Positions 48,815 through 61,511 are shown, counted from the first letter of the stretch. The stretch: 64,000 bases of DNA from Chiloscyllium plagiosum (GCF_004010195.1 NC_057718.1:69144346-69208345); one strand, 5' to 3'. The notes: generated by a model from the sequence alone, not told the origin. Program-made: numbers and translations.

Positions 48815-51800
48815 GGTAAAATCCAGGGCTCAACTCAAGATTCAGAATATCTCAGCTGGGCTGCAGAGAAACTTGTAGTGGGAGGGAAAAGATCCAGTTG
48901 TTATGGTCCACATAGATACCAACAATATTGACAGAGAGAGGAAAGAGGTTCAGCTGAGAGAATGTGAGCATCTCGATGGTAAATTGAAAGGCAGAACCAA
49001 AAAGATAATAATATCTGGATTGCTACCTGAGCTATGAGGTAATTGGCATACACTCAAAGATTGTTGTGGGAGAAATGGGTTCAAATTCATGGGACATTGG
49101 CACAAGTAATGGGGAAGGAAGGAATTATTCCAATGGAATGGGCTTCAGCTGAATCGTGTTAGGATTGAAGTCCTGTAGGATTGCCTAGATAGATATAGAT
49201 TGGGCTTTAAACTAAATAGTAGAGTGGTCCGTTCAATTGCATGGAAAATTAGAGAAAAAGTTCAAGGGGTGTTAGCAATTAAAAAGTTTCCAGAACAACT
49301 GTGGAAAGGGTCAGGAATTGAGTTTAGGCACAGCAGACAAAAGGGACAACTATGAGAAGGGGCAGTCAAAGCAAGTTTGAGAGTGTTGTACTTAAATGCA
49401 CACAACATATGAAACAAGGTTAATGAACTTGGAGGACAGATCGAAATTGCAGAGATATGGCTGCAAGGAGATTGGGGCTGGGAACTAAATATCCAAGGAT
49501 ATGCTTCCTAGCCAAAGGAGACAAATGGACAGAGGGACGGGTTGCCCTGTTAGTAAAAAATGAAATTAAATCACTAGCAAGTAGTGATCTAGGTGTACAA
49601 TCTGTATAGGTAGAGGTTGAGGAACTGCAAAGAAGACATTGGTAGAAGTTATTTACAGATCGAGCAGTAGTAAGAATGTGAGGCAGAAAATAACTCAAGA
49701 GATAGAAAAGACATATAAGAACAACACTATAAGCATGCAGGTACAGCAGGTAGTGAAGAAGGCTAATAGCATGCTGGCCTTCATAACAAGAGGGATTGAG
49801 TATAGAAGCAAAGAAGTCCTTCTGCAGCTGTACAGGGCCCTGGTGAGACCACACCTGGAGTACTGTGTGCAGTCCTGGGTTTCCGCTGATGGGTGAGTGT
49901 CGAACTAGAGGACACAGCTTAAAAATACGGGGTAGACCATTTAGGACAGAGATGAGGAGAAACTTCTTCAGCCAGTGAGTGGTGGCTGTGTGGAATGCTC
50001 TGCCCCAGAGGGCAGTGGAGGCCCAGTCTCTGGATTCATTTAAGAAAGTGTTGGATAGAGCTCTCAAGGATTGTGGAATCAAGGGTTATGGAGATAAGGC
50101 AGGAACAGGATATTGATTAAGGATGATCAGCCATGATCATATTGAATCGTGGTGCAGGCTCAAAGGGCAGAATGGCCTACTCCTGCACCTATTGTCTATT
50201 GTCTATAAGCATGGGGAACTTCAACATACAAGTGGACTGGATATATCAGGTTTGTACTGATCACAGGATGGTTTTCAGAGCAGCTTGTGGTTAGAATCCA
50301 CAAAGGAACAGGCAGTTTTGGATTTGGTGCTGTGTAATGAGGAAGGCATTTAAGCTTCTTCATTAGGAAGCTTCAGGTGAAGAAACCCCTAGGGAGAACT
50401 GTCTATAATATGGTAGAATTCGCCCTGCAGTTTGAGAGGGTAGCTTGAATCAAATGTAATGGTAACTACAAAGAAATGAGGGAGAAGTTGGCCAGAGTTG
50501 ATTGGAAGGGAAGGCTAATAGGAAAAATGGTGGAGCTGTAATGTTAAGGGTTTATGTGGGTTATTCAGGAGGTACAGCAGAAATTTATCCCAAGGAAGAA
50601 AGAGCATACTAAGGGAAGCATGAGGTAACAGTGACTGACAAAGGAAGTCAGGGACAGTACAAAAGCAAAAGAAAAAGTATATAATGTGGTGAAAACTAAT
50701 AGGAAGCCAGAGGATTGGGAAGTTTTTAATAAACTAACAGAGGAAAACTAAAAAAAGACAATTTAATATCCAAAATTCTTTTACATATATAAAAGGTAAG
50801 AGAGATGCAAGAGTGGACATTAAACCACTGGAAAATGAGGCTGGAGAAGTCATAATGGCAATAAAGAAATAGTGCAGGACCTAAAAAGGTATTTTGCAAC
50901 AGTTTTCACTGAGCAAGACACCAGCTGCACACCAAAAATCCAAGAGATTCATGGGCAGAGGTGAGTGAGTGGCCATCGCTAAAGAGAAGGTGTTTGGGAA
51001 GCAGAAAGGTCTGGAAAAAGATAAGTCAACTGGACCATATGGTCTAACCCAATGCTTCTGAAGCAGATAACTGAGGAGATTGTGGAGGCATTGACGATGA
51101 TTTTTTTAGGAATCACTGGAATCAGGGAGAGTCCCGGAGAACTGGAAAATGTAATACCCTGTTTAAGAAGGGAGGGAGGTAAAAGATGGGAAATAATAGG
51201 CTGGCTAGCCAAACCACAGTCATTGGTAAGGTTTGCAGAGTATTTGCAAGTGCATGGTAAAACACTACTGAGACAGCTTGGCTTCATCAAGCGGAAGTCA
51301 AGCTTGACAAATCTGTTAGCATTCTTTGAGGAGGTAATGAGCAAGTTAGACACAGGAGAGCCAATGAACATGAGCTATTTGGATTTTCAGAAGGCCTTTG
51401 ACAAGGTGCTACTCAAGAGGCTGCTAAATAAGAAAAGAACCCATGATGTTAGAGGCAGGCTATTGGCATGGATAGCACATTTGCTGACTGACAGAAAGCA
51501 GAGCATAGGGAGGAAAGAATCATTTTCAGGATGGCAGCCAGTCATGAGTTGAGTTCCACAGGCATCAGTGTTGGGACCACAACCATTAAATTTTATAATC
51601 TGGACAAAAGAACTGAGGGCATTGTTGCTACGTTTGCAGATGACACAAAGATAGGTGAAGGGACAGGTATTGCTGAGGAGCCAGAAGGACTGGACAGAGT
51701 AAGAGAATGAGTAAAGGTGAGCGATGGAATACAATGTGTACAAGTGTGTGATGTTATGTGCAACGAAGAATAGTGACATTATTTTCTAAATGGGGAAAGA

Positions 51801-52340
51801 CTTCAGAATTCTGAAGCATGAAGAAAGTTAGAAGTCCTAGTCCAAGATTCTCTTAAGGTTAACAACGGGTTCAGCTGACAGAAAGGCAAATGCAATGTTA
51901 GCATTCCTTTCAAGAGGGCTGGAATACAAGAGCAGGGATGTACTACTGAGACGACATAAGGCCCTGGTCAGACTACATTTGGAATATTGTGAGTAGTTTT
52001 GGGCCCCATATCTAAGGAAAGATGGGCTGGCTTTGGAGGGATTCCAGAGGAGACTTACAAGAATGATCCCAGGAATGAAGGGCTTGTCATATGAGGAATG
52101 TCTGAGGACTTTGGGGCTGTACTTGAAGGATGAGGAGAGATCTCATTGAAACTTACCGAATGCTTACAGGCCTGGATAGAGTGGATGTGGAGAATACATT
52201 TCCACTAGTAGGAGAGACTAGGTCATGGAGCACAGCTTCAGAGTAAAGGGGCAATGCTTTAGAACTGAAATGAGGAGGAATTTCTTCAGCCAGAGGTTGG
52301 CGAATCTGTAGAAATCATTTCTTCCAGAGGCTGTGGAGTC
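48815..52340 (+). mobile_element. Long degenerate CR1 LINE (ORF1 esterase, APE, RT)
   Basis: VVMVHIDTNNI esterase block (about 48900), LYLNA APE start (about 49385), LTNLLAFFEEV..DFQKAFDKV (ORF 51052..51552). Confidence 0.9.
49738..50202 (+). mobile_element. Younger CR1 3' fragment inserted into the older CR1, with an 11-bp TSD
   Basis: TSD ctataagcatg at 49727-49737 and 50203-50213. (CTATTGT)n tail. Confidence 0.9.
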
Positions 52341-52504
52341 AACCACGCTGACATCGGTCTAGAGTCACATGTAGATCAGACCCCTAAGGAAGACTGATAT
52401 CTTTCCCTAAAGGGGCATTTGTGAACAAAATGAGTTTTTGCAAAATTCAGTATTATTAATCCTTTAATTCCAGTATTTATTGAATTCAAATGCCACCATC
52501 TATT

Positions 52505-52778
52505 GTTAAAAATCACACAACACCAGGTTATAGTCAACAGGTTTAATTGGAAGCACACTAGCTTTCGGAGCGACGCTCCTTCATCAGGTGATAGTGGAGG
52601 GCTCGATCGTAACACAGAATTTATAGCAAAAATGTATAGCAAGAATTTATACGATCTTCTTCAGGCTCATGCTCGAAATGTTCGATTCTCCTGCTCCTTG
52701 GATGCTGCCTGACCTGCTGCGCTTTTCCAGCAACACATTTTCAGCTCTGATCTCCAGCATCTGCAGTCCTCACTTTTT
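52505..52778. mobile_element. Two fused PLE-derived ends in opposite orientation
   Basis: Family-1 arm 52505-52635 (minus-strand hammerhead) and family-2 tail 52663-52778 (plus). Confidence 0.8.
52556..52590 (-). ncRNA. Minimal type-I hammerhead ribozyme motif (intact core)
   Basis: CAC-CUGAUGA-A-GGAGC guc GCUCC-GAA-AGCU-A-GUG, with CpGs retained. Confidence 0.82.
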
Positions 52779-52832
52779 CTTTTAGTTAAATTAATTTGGT
52801 TCAGAATCTACAGTTACCATTTTGGCTTGCAG

Positions 52833-52887
52833 GAACCTAATTTAACTAAGTTACGCCAGACGTGTATGAAGCTGATAATTGAGAAGG
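52833..52887 (+). CDS. Weak candidate exon F (phase 0-1): EPNLTKLRQTCMKLIIEK
   Basis: Acceptor attttggcttgcag, donor AGG|gtacaa, two CpGs. Confidence 0.18.
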
Positions 52888-53459
52888 GTACAAAAGACTG
52901 AAGAGAGGGGTAACATGCAAAATGATGGTGAAGCTCTAGCAAGAACCAGTCTTGGACCTTCTACAATACTTCTTGTTTATAGTGAGCTGTAGCTTGAAAT
53001 TAGAATTAGAAATGACACTTGTAGTGCTGTAATACATTACAGCTTTAGATTTCATCTACATTCTTTCCTTATACATTCATAAGTGGTTGTTAAACTGTTA
53101 GTTGGCAATGTGTCAGCAAGAGAATTGAGAATTCAAAGTAAGGAAACATTTCCCCATAAGAGTTGAACACTGTCTTTAGATTTATGTTTGATGTACCTCT
53201 GGACCACTTAGATCTCTTTATTTAAATATTTACATCTAGCTTTTTCTTTAGTTAAAAAAAATTAAAGTGATTGAATGTTACTTAATGCAAACTTCTCACA
53301 CAGATTGCACATTAAGGAGAAACCGGATATATAGTCATGTCTCTTTTGAATTAGTATAAATAAAACTGGGGAGTGGGCAATCAACAAAGACATTCCACCA
53401 GGAATAGCAGATCTTTTGCAAGCAGCTTCAAACTGTGCCACATTGATTAAACCATTGTA

Positions 53460-53850
53460 ATAAAAGCAAAATACTGTCGATGAGAAAATCTGAAAAAAAA
53501 ACAGATAGTGCTCGGGAATCTCAGGTCTGGCAGTATCTGTGGACAGAGAACGAGAGGTAACATTTTGGATTTGATATGACTCCTTTTTAAAACTGAAAGC
53601 TGTTGGAATATGGTTCTTATGCTGTTGTCAGAGGGGGAGGAGGAGAGTGGGGAACAGATGGTGAGGACGCCCAGAATAAAAGGCAAAAGGAGTGTGCACG
53701 TGGTGGTAAAGAAGAGATATAAATGATAGGTTTGAAAGGAGAAAATGGTTCCACTCTGTTGAGAGGAAAGCAAACAAAACATAAAAATTACACAGTGGGT
53801 TTTGGTAGAGATGGGTGGTTCATATAAACAAAATGGAGGACAGAGGTCAT
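53460..53850 (-). mobile_element. PLE-type terminal fragment, degenerate
   Basis: AAAGCAAAATACTG...CAGGTCTGGCAGTATCTGTGGACAGAGAA, as at 55015. Confidence 0.6.
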
Positions 53851-53869
53851 GACAATGATCAAATCATTG

Positions 53870-54545
53870 AGTTGTGCTGTACAACTGCTGTTCTAAATAT
53901 GATATACTGAGAAGAGATAGCTGAAAATTAGGCAAAACCAGAAGCCACTGCAGACCATTGGCAGGTGCAGAATTATACTGAACAGCATTTATAATCTCAT
54001 GGCCTGGCATAATCCCCATTCTGCCATTAACATCAAACAGGGGATCAACCCTGGTTCAGGAGACTGTGTAGGAATGCATGCCAGGAGCAGCAGCATAAAT
54101 ATCCAATAATGCAATGACAGCTTCGTGAAGCTCCAAAGCAAGACTGTTTGCATGATTATTAACAGAAGCCAAATGTGATGGATAAAAGGGATCCCATAAT
54201 AGATGGATCAGATCAAAGCTCTACAATTCTGTCATAAACAATCATGAACAAAGTAGATAACTCATTGAAGTAACAGGATCCTTGTACATGCCCATATTCA
54301 ATGATGGGAAGAGAGGGGAAAGATGGGGATAAGGTCAAACCCTGTGCAACCATCTTCAGCCAGAAATGCTGAGTGCATGAACCATCCCAGCCCCCTCCTG
54401 TGGTCACAAGCATAATAGATGCTAATCCTCACACAATATGATTCACTCCACATCATACCACAAAATGACTGAAGATGTAGTCTGCAGCAACTGATATGGG
54501 CCTTGACAACCTCCTGGCTATGGCATTGAAGACTTGGACTGGATT
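53870..54545 (+). mobile_element. Old CR1-clade LINE internal fragment from a second family
   Basis: GGATCAGATCAAAGCTCT...ATCTTCAGCCAGAAATGC...ATGGGCCTTGACAAC (GPD-type motif). Confidence 0.6.
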
Positions 54546-55012
54546 TCTTCAATCCAATCAAATCCAATTTCTATCAAAAGAGATAGGAATGGAGGCAAAA
54601 TAGCAATGAAATTGCTGCTGAGTGCTGCAGCCAGAAATCCTTTTCTCTTTCTGTCAACTGCCATTTTCTCAAGAGCAAGAGAAATGGCAAGACTTGAACT
54701 GAACCACTCCTATTAACAATCTGATTGCCAGTGAAGTAGCCAGAGAGAAGCAGCTGTAGAGATTTATACCAGCTGCAAGGAAGGCAGGAATAATTTTTAA
54801 ACATGAATAAAATGATTTTGTCTCCTTCTGATTTTATCAGAAAATTATGGATGCATGATTTGCATCTGCTCAATAAGGTGAATGAGTGAGCTGTGATTGG
54901 AACATTAATTTCGAGTTAAACAGTCATAGAGTCACAGAGACTTACAGCACAGAAAAAGGCCCTTTGGCTCATTGTATCTGAGCCATTCAAAAACAACCTA
55001 TGCTATTCCAAT

Positions 55013-55224
55013 AAATAAAAGCAAATTACTGCGGATGCTGGAATCTGAAACCAAAAGTGAAAATGCTGGAAAATCTCAGCAGGTCTGGCAGCATCTGTAA
55101 GGAGAGAAAAGAGCTGACGTAAGCTTTGACAAAGGGTCAGTTATACTCGAAACGTCAGCTCTTTCTCTCCTTACAGATGCTGCCAGACCTGCTGAGATTT
55201 TCCAGCATTTTCTCTTTTGCTAGA
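55013..55224. mobile_element. Palindromic PLE-derived mini-element with a 10-bp TSD and variant hammerhead
   Basis: TSD ctattccaat at 55003-55012 and 55225-55234. Arms 55053-55120 and 55152-55219. Motif GCU-uUGACaA-AGGGU..ACUC-GAAACGUC-AGC. Confidence 0.85.
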
Positions 55225-55785
55225 CTATTCCAATCCTATTTTTCAGCCCTAGGCCCATTGCCTCATACGCCTTGGCATCACAGGTATACATCTAAATACT
55301 TCTTCAATGTTATGAGGGTTTCCGCATCTACCACCCTTACAGGCAATGAATTCTAGATTTTCACCCACTCTAGGTGAAAAAGCTTTTCGTCACATCTGTT
55401 TGAAACCTTCTGCCCCTTACCTTCCCTTAAATCTATGCTTTCGGTCATTGATGCTTCCATCAAATGGAAAAGTTTCTTCCTGTCTACCCAATCTATGCCC
55501 CTTGTACCTTTCTACATATCCTCGCTCAATCTCCTCTGCTATAAGGAAAATAACTCCTGTCTTTTCATAACTGAAACTTTCCAGGCCAGGCAACAGCCTG
55601 GTGAATCTCCTCTGCACTGTCTCTAGCACAATCACATTTTTCCTATCCTGTGGATTCCAGAACACACACAATTCTCTAGCTGTGGCCTAACAAATCTTTT
55701 ATACAGTTCAGCAGAACCTCCCTGCACTTAAGCGGTATATCTTGACTAATAAAGCAAGTATACCATATGTCTCTTTAAGCACTTT

Positions 55786-56110
55786 AGGGGCGGCAAATTG
55801 GCTCGCTCTGCTGCCTCACAGCACGTTGGACCTGGGTTCAATTCCCGCCTCGGGCAACTGTCTGTGTGGAGTTTGCACATTCTCCCCATGTCTGCGTGGG
55901 TTTCCTCTGGGTGCTCTGGTTTCTACAAACAATTGAAAGATGTGCATGTTAGGTGAATTGGCCATGCTAAATTCCCCACTCTGTTAGGTGCATTAGTCAG
56001 GGGTAAATATAGGATAGGGGAATGGGTCTGGGTGGGTTACTCTTCAGAGGGTTGGTGTGGATTTGTTGAGCCGAAGGGTCTGTTTCCATACTGTGTGAAA
56101 TCTAATCTAA
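55786..56110 (+). mobile_element. HE1 SINE
   Basis: B-box GGGTTCAATTCCC, canonical body and TCTAA tail. Confidence 0.92.
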
Positions 56111-56375
56111 ATCAATCCACTTGTCCTGAAAACTTCAGGGACGGGTGGACATTCACACCAAGGTTGCTCTGTTCCTCAGTGCTTCCCAGGCTCCTACCAT
56201 TCATCATATATTCATTTGTCTTGTTTCCCTGCCCAAGTGCATCATCCCATAATTATTCAGATTGAATTCCATTTATCACTGATCAGCTCATCTGTCCAGC
56301 CCATCTATATCCTCTCATAGTCAAAGTCTATCCTCCACCCTGCATATTTAACACCCCACCAATTTTTGTATCACA

Positions 56376-56710
56376 GAATCATATAGAGCAGAAGAAGGTC
56401 ATTTAGTCCCTTATGTCTACACCAACCCTCTGAAGAGCATTTAACCCAGACCCACCCCCCCAATCCACCCTATCCCTGTAACCCACAATTACCATGGCTA
56501 ATCCACCCAGCCTGCACATCCATGGAAACTATGAGGTAATTTAGCATGGCTTATCCATCAAACCTATACATTTTTTGGACTGGTAAAGGAAACAGAAATC
56601 CAGTGGGAACTCTCACAGACAGAGGACAAAAATGGAAACTCCACCCAAACAATCACCCAAAGTTAGTGCTATGAGACAGCAGTGCCAATTACTGTGCCAT
56701 CATGTCACCC
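56376..56710 (-). mobile_element. HE1 SINE, diverged
   Basis: Canonical HE1 body. Confidence 0.85.
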
Positions 56711-57592
56711 ATCATATTGCTGGTGTATCATCTGTGAATTTACAGATCAACCCTGCTACATTCAATTCTAAATGATTAATATAAACCACTGACATCAATG
56801 TCCCCAACATTTACCCTGTGGGAGCCCACTGGACGCAGACTTTCAGTTGAAAAATCACTCCTCAACCATCACTCTCTGCTTCCTGCTACTCAGCCAATTT
56901 TTGGATCTACTTTACTAGATTTACTTCAATCCCATGGCCTGTTACATTTGGTATCAGTCTCTAACAGAGTATTTGCCAAAATGTTACTTCTGTCAACTGG
57001 CAAGTATATATAAAATAAAACAAATGGGTGAAGTACATTTTACAGTATTTAAAGTCTGATGTAGTAAAATAATTAATTATTTCTATGTTATACAATTATT
57101 TTCAATAGTTTTGATGTTCTTAGCTTAAATATCTGTAGACATTAGCTGTTCTGAGGTTTTTTTGCTTAACTTTGGGATTTATGGGCTTTTAGTACACAAT
57201 CCAACTTTTGAATGGTTTTATTAAATATTTGACTATTCTCTCAAGAGTTAAATTGTTTAGGGAATTTATGAACCATTTGATGAATCCAGTTTTTATAATA
57301 AAAGTGACTAAAAGTCAAAAAAGGGTGCACCATTGCAGTAGGGAAACGTAAGGACTCAATTGTGTGTATACGAAGCAGCATGCAAGATACAGAGAGGATA
57401 ATAATCGTAAAACACAGCAACTCAACATATAAAAAAGAGATGATTGAGCAATGGAGGGCAAGGGGGAGCTGAACAACAGTCCCCACCATCCTGGTTTCAA
57501 TGGGAGATATGCATTTTTGTGTCTGATATGATGACATGGTATGCCTGAGACTCAGGGAGTAAAGTGGGGAGATGGACAATGAAATGTTTGAA

Positions 57593-57828
57593 TAAAGGCA
57601 AAACATTGCAGATGCTGGAAATCTGAAATAAACACAGGGAATGCTGGAGAGGTTCAGCAGGTCTGGAAGCATCTATGGAGAGAGAAACAGAAATGTTTTG
57701 AGACCGTCAAAACTCTTCTTCAGAACTTCTGAAGCAGAGTCATGCCAGTCTCAAAATGTTATCCTTATTTTTCTCTCTCAACAGATACTGCCAGACCTGC
57801 TGAGTTTCTCCCACATTCTCCATGTCTG
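57593..57828. mobile_element. Older palindromic PLE-derived mini-element
   Basis: Same architecture as 55013-55224. Degenerate core ctgaagcagagtc...gtctcaaaatgtt near 57728. Confidence 0.7.
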
Positions 57829-58215
57829 ATTGACTTCAATACATGTGTTGGGTGTGAATGTCGGGAAGATCAAAGTCAATGGAGTTGACCGAGATGGCAA
57901 CCAAGAAGGAAATATGAAGATTTGGGGGGTTTGCCAACTGAGAGGCTGAGTCTGTGATAACTATTTGCTTCCACATTTCATCATAATAACGAGTCCTCAA
58001 TGGAGATGAAAGTGGCCTTCATCACATTGGAGTGGATGGAATGAGTGTTTCATTCTATGAGAGAATAGACTCCACTTTCATGTGATGTAAGCCCTTTCAA
58101 ATGCTGAGAGTATTAAACAGACACCAGACAGTACGGGTAAGACATCTGGGATCACAAAATGACATGTAAACATTATATATTGATCTACTTTGTGAACTAA
58201 AATTCCTAGCTCCAG

Positions 58216-58270
58216 GCATTTTCGATCATATCATGCAATGTTACAAATCAATCCTACTAATGGCTGTGAG
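58216..58270 (+). CDS. Weak candidate exon G (phase 1-2): (G)IFDHIMQCYKSILLMAV
   Basis: Acceptor attcctagctccag, donor GAG|gtacaa. Phase matches exon F. Confidence 0.15.
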
Positions 58271-58306
58271 GTACAAGCAATAGGTTGCAGCTGGAAAAAA
58301 ATTAAC

Positions 58307-58492
58307 CTTGTTGCCAAAGCAGCAATTATCCTCCACAGTTAAATAGCCTGCATATGGTGCAGGACCTGTTCTCTTCACACCTGGTCCATAAAATATTGTG
58401 TAGCTCGAAGGATAGCTGTTAGCCTCTATATATTCGTTCTTAGCTTGCATGATGAAAAGTGACCATATATTTATAAATGTGACGACGTATTT
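58307..58492 (-). CDS. Candidate minus-strand exon (phase 0-0, 62 aa): KYVVTFINIWSLFIMQAKNEYIEANSYPSSYTIFYGPGVKRTGPAPYAGYLTVEDNCCFGNK
   Basis: Pyrimidine-rich acceptor ...tattctatacttctattatag, donor AAG|gttaat, 186 nt open, CpGs retained, non-repeat sequence. Confidence 0.25.
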
Positions 58493-59109
58493 CTATAATA
58501 GAAGTATAGAATATAAACAAAAGGAAATTATGGTAAACCTTTCTAAAAGCCTTCAATCGTAGGAGACCAGCTGTAAACTGCAAGATATCTGCCGGGAAGT
58601 CTTAGATAACCTGATGCACGAGTAGGCCATATTTCCTGAGGAGATACCTCTGATAGGGAATGACCCAATATTTCAAACTCTTCAAGGCAGTTGTAGCTTG
58701 ACTTTGGGTGGTTCTGATTTACTTTATTAGTTACCCAGGAAAAACTAGGAGTTGATTGTGGGGCATTAAAACCTAACACCTGGCTAATTATAAAACTGAA
58801 ATCTGTGTCCCCAGTTGACTCACTGCTAGAGACTGCAAGCATCCACAAAGACCCGCAATTCTCAAACTCCTGGTGCAACCATTCCGGTCAACCAAATTAA
58901 CTTAAAAGTACTGCAGATACCTGACACACTCCACAGACAGGCTCCTTTCCACTTTCACCCACTTGACGACCCTGCCTCCATTGACACTCAAATGACACAA
59001 CCCAACCCTGGACGACCCAATCAAATCCCAAGAGACACCTGCTCTGTAACCTTCCCCACTGTCATCTCAACTACGCCCCACCCCTTATCATAGTCACCCA
59101 ACTGACAAC

Positions 59110-60088
59110 ATTCAGTTACTAGTGGTGTACCGTAAGGATCTATTTTTGGTCCACGGTTGTTTGTCATTTTTATAAACAACCTGGATAAGGGCGTAGAAGG
59201 ATGGGTTAGTAAATTTGTGAATGCCACTAAGGTCAGTATAGTTGTGGACAGTGCTGAAGGATGTTGTAGGTTACAGAGGAACATAGATAAACTGCAGAGC
59301 TGGGCTGAGAGATGGCAAATGGAGTTTGATACAGAAAAGTGTGAGATTATTCACTTTGGAACGAGTAACAGGAATGCAGAATACTGGGCGAATGGCAAGA
59401 TTCTTGGTAGTGTAGATGAGCACAGAGATCTTGGTGTCCATGTACATAGATCCCTCAAAGTTGCCACTCACGTTGATAGGGCTGTTAAGAAGGCGTATGG
59501 TGTGTTAGCTTTTATTAGTACAGGGATTGAGTCTCGGAACCATGAGGTCATGCTGCAGCTGGACAAAACTCTGGTGCGGCCACACTTGGAGCATTGCGTG
59601 CAATTTTGGTCACCACATTATAGGAAGGATTTTGGAAAGGGTTCAGAGAAGATTTACGAGGATGTTGCCTGTTATGCAGGGAAGGTCTTACAGGGAAAGG
59701 TTGAGGGACCTGAGGCTGTTTTTGTTAGAGAGAAGGAGCTTGAGAAGTGACTTAATTGAGACATATAAGATAATTAGAGGGTTAGATAGGGTGGATAGTG
59801 AGATCCTTCTTCCTCCAATGGTGATGGCTAGCACAGGAGGGAATAGCTTCAAACTGAGGGGTCATAGATACAGGACAGGAAGTTTCTTTACTCAGAGAGT
59901 AGTAGGGGCGTGGAAGGCACTGCCTGCAATAGGTGTAGACTCGCCAACTTTATGGGCATTTAAATAGTCATTGGATAGACATATGGTCGAGAATGGTGTA
60001 GGTTAAATGGGCTTCAGGCTGGTTTTGCAGGGTGGCACAAAATCGAGGGCTGAAGGACCTGTACTGCACTGTAATATTCTACGTTCGA
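59110..60088 (+). mobile_element. CR1/HER1 LINE RT/3' fragment, same subfamily as 1-733
   Basis: ORFs 59157..59750 and 59527..59967. Colinear with 1-700. Confidence 0.95.
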
Positions 60089-60142
60089 ACATACACCAAG
60101 TAACACCCAACTCACCATCGACAGGAAATAAACACCACTCCC

Positions 60143-60280
60143 CATTCTAAAGGTCACTGGACTTGAAACATTAGACTTTATCTCTGCTTTCTTTCTACAG
60201 ATACTGCCAGATGTACTGAGTTTCTCTAGCAATTTTTTTTGTTTCAGATCTTCAGCATCCACAGTTCTTTGTTTTATTTT
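60143..60280 (+). mobile_element. PLE-type 3' terminal fragment
   Basis: ggtcactggacttgaaacatt...CAGATACTGCCAGA...CAGCATCCACAGTTCTTTG. Confidence 0.65.
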
Positions 60281-61511
60281 AATGTTTAGCTCACTGCCAT
60301 ATCTCTTCCAGTATTGCCTGCCTTAAAGACATTCTGCTATTTTCTCAAACATGATTTCCATTCTAATCTTTCTTCTTGTTAACCATCGTTATTGTTACTC
60401 TCACTCCTAATGTTTAACAAGGCATTTACCAAATCTCACTTCGACAGCCACATCTTATACCCAGTGAGTCCCTCCAATTCAAACACCCCACACGGATGAA
60501 TATTTTTGAATTCACCTAAGATCACTGCTACCTCCTTTCCCATAATTGCCCAGGCAACACACCATTCCTCAATTTAAAGGTTACAACTGAGAAGGTAAGT
60601 AAAAGAAATTTGTAATTTGTGCTTAAAGTAGCAGTTTATGGAGTTCTTAGGAAGGGGAATACTGTGCCTCAGCTGTGCTAAGAAGATGCACAAACAACTC
60701 TAGTCAAATCATGTTTTTTTTTGGTACTGCATGCTCAATGTATAAAAGCAATTCTCCTGCTATTGACCTCCTTGGTAATTTCCTTCCACTGCCTCCTTAT
60801 CAGCAGTTGATCAGATTCCTGCCTTGTGATTCTTTCCCTCTCCCAAATTGGTGCACCTGAGACTCCAGTGTGGTATCAGACAACCTTAATGTCTGTCCTC
60901 TCTCTCACCTTCAGGCACTTGAGTAATATGTTTTATACCGCAATTCTACACAGCATTGCAGAGGTGCTGGCTGCCTTTAAGTAGTAAGGATTCTTCCCTT
61001 TATCAGGGCCTCCTAAAAAGAATGCACTCAATGCACAGCTGGCAAACACAGATATTGAAATGAACAGGCTATACAAATTTCCCAAGCTGGTATGAATGAA
61101 GGTCAGAGAGGATTTCGAAGAAATGGGTCAAGTGCTGGCTAACTCCTTGGACTTAACTTTAATAGTTCACTGGGTCTGCAATAGATCTCTCAGACATAAA
61201 GGAGGCTAATGTACTCAATATCTTTATAAACAGAAGAAAAACTGAACCAAGTATCTACAGACATTATCGTGAGATATCATTGATAGGGAAGAGGCTTGAG
61301 GGAAACATTTGGAAAACAATTTGTCATATGTATGACTAATTGAACAGAGAAAGCAATATGCATCTTTAAATCCTCAACAAAGTGACTGTAAGCAAATTTT
61401 TTTTATGGATCGTGTGTTACCAACATCAAGGTGGCTGGTATAGATAGCTACTGTTTGTGCAAATAATGTCAGTGACATCACAACACAGTGACAAAAGATG
61501 TGCTTGTACAT

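Larger units (their letters stand above)
54925..56990 (-). mobile_element. CR1 LINE split by a PLE palindrome and two HE1 SINEs
   Basis: ORF 55417..55671 has LETVQRRFTRLLPGLESFSYE. RT motifs continue at 56110-56370 and 56720-56990. Confidence 0.85.

Noticed and set aside
49420..50082. 220-aa minus-strand ORF
   Set aside because: Antisense shadow of nested CR1 copies.
54841..54877. Short AG/GT-bounded segments (also 33921-33944, 34025-34078, 57246-57347, 60552-60595)
   Set aside because: They do not form a consistent phase chain, and such matches are frequent by chance on both strands.
55786..55860. tRNA genes
   Set aside because: The A/B boxes belong to HE1 SINE heads, and no complete cloverleaf is present.
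60915..60983. Exon-like segment HLSNMFYTAILHSIAEVLAAFK, which with exons F and G gave a faint FHIP/FAM160-like pattern
   Set aside because: The DNA resembles a decayed Deu-SINE head, identity is far too low for such a conserved family, and the donor is poor.
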